NCBI GenBank assembly: GCA_043228905.1
Contig: JBHGNT010000012.1
Coordinates: 18,476,001 to 18,540,000, forward strand
Direction: 5' to 3'
Source: Azolla caroliniana
Lineage: Eukaryota > Plantae > Polypodiophyta
Length of the DNA stretch: 64,000 nt
Part shown: piece by piece, positions 60,295-64,000 of the stretch
Layout: each line of letters starts with the position of its first letter
Position numbering within the stretch: the first letter of the stretch is position 1
Made by a program: the position numbers and the translations under genes
Notes under the pieces: model-generated
The model's database searches: none
Seen by the model: only the letters and a program-made list of their open reading frames with translations
Told to the model about the DNA's origin: nothing

Positions 60295-60985
60295 TGTCGA
60301 ACACCGCGCTCGGCCACAACCGAGAAATAGGATCAAATCACAGAAAACAGGAAATACGAAATGCTCCAAGACTACAGAGAGAAGAGTACACAAGATATTT
60401 TACGTGGAAAACCCTAAATGGGAAAAACCACGGGAGTCCTCAAACTCCAACTCACACTATACACAGAGATGTACAATGGTGAAGCTTCAAGGCAACAACC
60501 TTGAGCTCACTGTCTTCGCCACAGGCGGCGGCAATACACAGAGGCGTCGACCTCTTCCTTTCTCTCTCTCTCTCTCTCGGCTGCTCTCACTTCGCTCTCT
60601 CGGCTAGAACATAGAATGAGCAACAACAACAAACTGTTTGCCCTAAGTCATATTTATACACATATGACTTTTCGGGCTATTTACAAATATAGCCACAAGG
60701 GCCCTTGGCAAACATATTCACAAATATGTCCCCGCATCCGGATCTCTCTCCGGGTACATTCATCATCCGGCTCCGTGGCCGGGTCTTCTCTTTGTCATCC
60801 GGCTCCGTAGCCGGGGTCTTCATCATCCGGCTCCGTAGCCGGGGTCTACAGCATCCGGCTCCGTAACCGGGTACTCTTCATTCGGCTTCATGCCGGGTAC
60901 TCTGATCCTACGGTTCCGTAACAGCCTCCGGGCTTGCCGTCATTCATCTCCGGACATCCCATCCGGAGGGACCGAAATCCCAACA
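60295..60985 (-). repeat. 5' LTR of Copia4
   Basis: Adjacent to the tRNA-iMet PBS. Confidence 0.97.
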
Positions 60986-60990
60986 GTATT

Positions 60991-62597
60991 CTCCTGGAAT
61001 TTTCTTCACCGACGCCGGCGAACCGACGTCTTACGAAGAAGCATCGACATCTGTCGATTCCGCCACCTGGCATCTGGCGATGGAGTCGGAAATGCACTCC
61101 ATTCGGGCAAACAAGACTTGGGATCTGGTCGAATTACCTAGGAACCGACGTGCTCTTCCTTGCAAGTGGGTTTATCGACTAAAAGAGACGTCTGATTCGA
61201 CCACCCCAAAGTACAAGGCCAGATTAGTTGCGAAGGGCTTCCGACAAGAATATGGCGTCGACTTCGACGAGATTTTTTCACCAGTGGTGAAAATGACAAC
61301 CCTTCGTTTCCTACTCGGCGTAGTGGCAGCCGACAACTTGGAGCTGATTCAGCTAGATGTCAAAACAGCCTTCCTCCATGGTGATCTTGACGAGGAAATT
61401 TATATGGAGCAGCCAAAAGGCTTCGTGGCGACTGGCCAAGAACATCTAGTCTGCCGACTCAGGAAGAGTCTATACGGCCTCAAACAGGCACCACGACAAT
61501 GGTACAAGAAGTTCGACGACTTCATCCAATCGATCGGCTTCTCCAAAAGCGATGAGGACCATTGTCTCTTCACCAACACAGCTCAAGATGGATCACCCAT
61601 CTTCCTCATCATTTACGTGGACGACATGCTAATTTCTGGACGCCACGCGGGCGAACTTGCCGATCTCATTCGGCAACTGCGGTTGAAGTTTGCCATGAAG
61701 GACCTCGGTCCGGCACGACACATACTCGGCATGAAGATTAGTCGGCATCGCGATAAACGACATCTTTTTCTGTCTCAGACCGACTATATCCGACGTGTCT
61801 TAGAACGCTTCAACATGCAATCAGCCAAATCTGCTTCAACCCCGCTCCCTATGAATCTTCGGCTCTCTCAGCGAGACTGCCCGACATCCGGTCCGGAGGG
61901 GGAAGATATGAAGTCGGTACCGTACGCACCGGCAGTCGGCTCCCTTATGTACCTGATGGTCGCGACACAGCCTGATATTTCTCACGCCGTAGGAGTCGTT
62001 AGCAGATTTATGCACAATCCTGGCCGATCGCATTGGAACGCAGTCAAGCATGTGTTCAGATATCTGGCTGGCACAAAAGACCACGGCATTCTTTTCGGTC
62101 CGAACCGAACCTCAGGCGTAGTCGGTTACACCGACTCGGACTTCGCCGGCTGTATAGACAGTCGGAAATCAACAACCGGATACTGCTTCAAATTCGGCAA
62201 TGGAGCAATCTCGTGGAAGTCGAAACTTCAGGAGTGCACAGCGACCTCAACGACCGAAGCAGAATATGTAGCTGCGTCCGACGCAGCAAAAGAAGCTTTG
62301 TGGCTCGGTCGGCTGGCGCACACGTTTCGACAAGTCGACCATGACTCAGCTCCAGTTGTCTACAGCGACAGTCAAGGTGCTGTTGCCCTGTCGAAAAATC
62401 CGGTTCACCACAACGCCTCCAAACATATCGACGTTCGATATCACTTCGTTCGGGACTGCGTCATTTCAGGGAAAATCGGTCTAGAGAAAATATCCACAAC
62501 CGACAATGTCGCAGATGGAATGACCAAGTGTCTTTCGGCAGACCGTTTTCGGTCTCTTCGGCATCAGATGGGCGTAACGACAAACCAGTCCGGTTAG
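60991..62597 (+). CDS. Copia3 RT and RNase H portion (open frame)
   Basis: PPERY|SPG rejoins across Copia4; YKARLVAKGF, YVDDML, TDSDFAG, KHIDVRYHFVRD. Confidence 0.92.
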
Positions 62598-62790
62598 AGC
62601 CGGACACAGAGCAGGATGGTTCCCGACAACCGACATCAGTTCCTTAATGATCGGCTTCAACTGTTCCGACCCGACCAGTTCGGTCTTCTGCCTTCGGACC
62701 CTGCCGACTCGAACAAAGCTGATATGTCCGAGAACCCAAGTCTATACCTGTAATCTTAGATAACCCATGTATACGCCCATTACGGGGGAG

Positions 62791-63080
62791 TGTCGAATAC
62801 ATGTGTATAATGGACGTATTCACACTATCCCGTTTTGGCCATTTATGTAATTAGCATAAAGGGTAGTTGCCCTAAGTCGGTCACTATATATAGTGACCTT
62901 GTAACCTTTTTGTAAGGTTGGATTGTTGTATTCTTGTCTATTGGAATAAAGAGCTTTTTGTGCCTCTCTCTCTCTCTCACTCTCTCTCTCTGTGCAACGA
63001 CATAGAAACAGTCATACGCAGGTATTCAGCAAGACTCGAATGCTTCTTGATCTTCCGCATTGACGACATTGTCTCCAACA
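62791..63080 (+). repeat. 3' LTR of Copia3 (290 bp)
   Basis: TGTCG...CAACA after the PPT; its last 134 bp match 52315-52448. Confidence 0.94.
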
Positions 63081-63403
63081 CCATACGTATCATATGTGCA
63101 TTTGCATTCGAGAATGATTTCAATCAAACGTGTATGGTAAATCATCTCAAAGTTGGATTGGATTGACTATGGTCTATATTATATATTGATTCACTCTCAA
63201 TTCCAATAAGTGGACTCTAATCCATTGTGAACCACCAACATAAGTATGGTTGCAATATTTGCATTGTATCACATGCATCCTTTTGGGATGCTTCTTAAGA
63301 ATCAAGACATCTCTATCATCCTCACTTTAGAACTTTACAAAAAAATGAGTATGAACTATAGAAATTGAATCAAAATATGTCATTATAAATTATAATCAAA
63401 CGT

Positions 63404-63930
63404 TCAAAAACTCATAAAACGTATATTTGAGAATATGAAGAAAACATGACATAGGCAGTAGTAGCATAACAACTTACCACTAGGGAACAAAGAAAGAAAA
63501 AAAGAAGAAGAAAAAGAAAAAGAAAAAGAAACGATCAAAAACTCATAAAACGTATATTTGAGAATATGAAGAAAACATAACATAGGCAGTAGTAGCATAA
63601 CAACTTACCACTAAGGTGACCTAATTTCTAATAACAAAGAAAGAAAGAAAAAGAAGAAAAAGGAACATGACACTAACAAGAGGATGATGAAGTTGGGAAT
63701 TGAACCCAAGACACAAATAATAGTAGCACAACAACTTACCACTAGTTTATGCTTAGTTCTAATAATAAAAATAAAAGAAAAGAAAAAATTATTATAACAC
63801 TAACATAAAATTTTGCTATAAAAATGGTACTAATGAGAGAGGGAGAGAAAGATGAGAAAATTGGGAATCAAACCCAAGACATAGACACCAATAGCATGAC
63901 TCCTTACCACTAGGGTGAGCTAAATTGTAA
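63404..63930 (-). repeat. AT-rich repeat region: ~131-bp-period duplication and tRNA-like modules
   Basis: 63404-63482 recurs at 63535-63613. CTTACCACTA occurs four times. GAACCCAAGAC and AAACCCAAGAC (B-box-like on -) at ~63702 and ~63870. Confidence 0.6.
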
Positions 63931-64000
63931 CTATCATATATGAAAAAAAGGAATAAAAAAACGAGCACGTATTTTTCCCATTTCAAACGTGTTCATTTCC

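Larger units (their letters stand above)
55490..60985 (-). mobile_element. Copia4: intact Ty1/Copia (Tnt1/Tork-like) inserted in Copia3
   Basis: 691-bp LTRs 55490-56180 and 60295-60985 (1 mismatch seen). TSD GTATT. PBS TGGTATCAGAGC (-, 60280-60291). PPT complement AACTCCCCCT. Confidence 0.98.
52315..63080 (+). mobile_element. Copia3: Ty1/Copia (Tnt1/Tork-like by motifs) with a truncated 5' LTR
   Basis: Partial LTR 52315-52448; full LTR 62791-63080. PBS TGGTATCAGAGCC at 52451. PPT GGGGGAG. CCATA at 52310-52314 and 63081-63085. Confidence 0.93.

Noticed and set aside
60265-60393. N-terminal 43 aa of the 1400-aa ORF
   Set aside because: Runs through the LTR and PBS; the plausible start is the ATG at 60264.
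1-64000. Host protein-coding or defence genes
   Set aside because: Every ORF with recognisable motifs belongs to a retroelement; no exon structure of a cellular gene was seen.

Overview
Eukaryotic heterochromatic DNA with no recognisable host gene. The element types suggest a non-seed plant, probably a moss (inference). About 61 kb (2234-63080) is a cluster of LTR retrotransposons that LTR pairs and target-site duplications (TSDs) resolve almost base by base. The main nest is six levels deep: old chromovirus C (about 2234-52298, -) > Copia2 (12711-51790, -) > Gypsy D (15134-48811, +) > Gypsy F (21545-47643, +) > Gypsy G (33132-46338, -) > intact chromovirus B (34789-40589, +). Side insertions are Copia1 in an LTR of C, solo LTR E in D and chromovirus A in F. 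A separate pair follows: Copia4 (intact) inside Copia3. A decayed LINE lies on the left flank and AT-rich tRNA-like repeats on the right. Main signals: (1) an antisense tRNA-like A-box/B-box module in U3 of several unrelated LTR families; (2) CpG-centred 4-bp TSDs, with two insertions within 2 bp of the same homologous integrase site; (3) two candidate -1 frameshift cassettes (slippery heptamer plus pseudoknot), one placed after the protease; (4) a self-priming PBS with a compensatory base change. Coordinates and mismatch counts were read by eye; clade names rest on motifs, not database searches.
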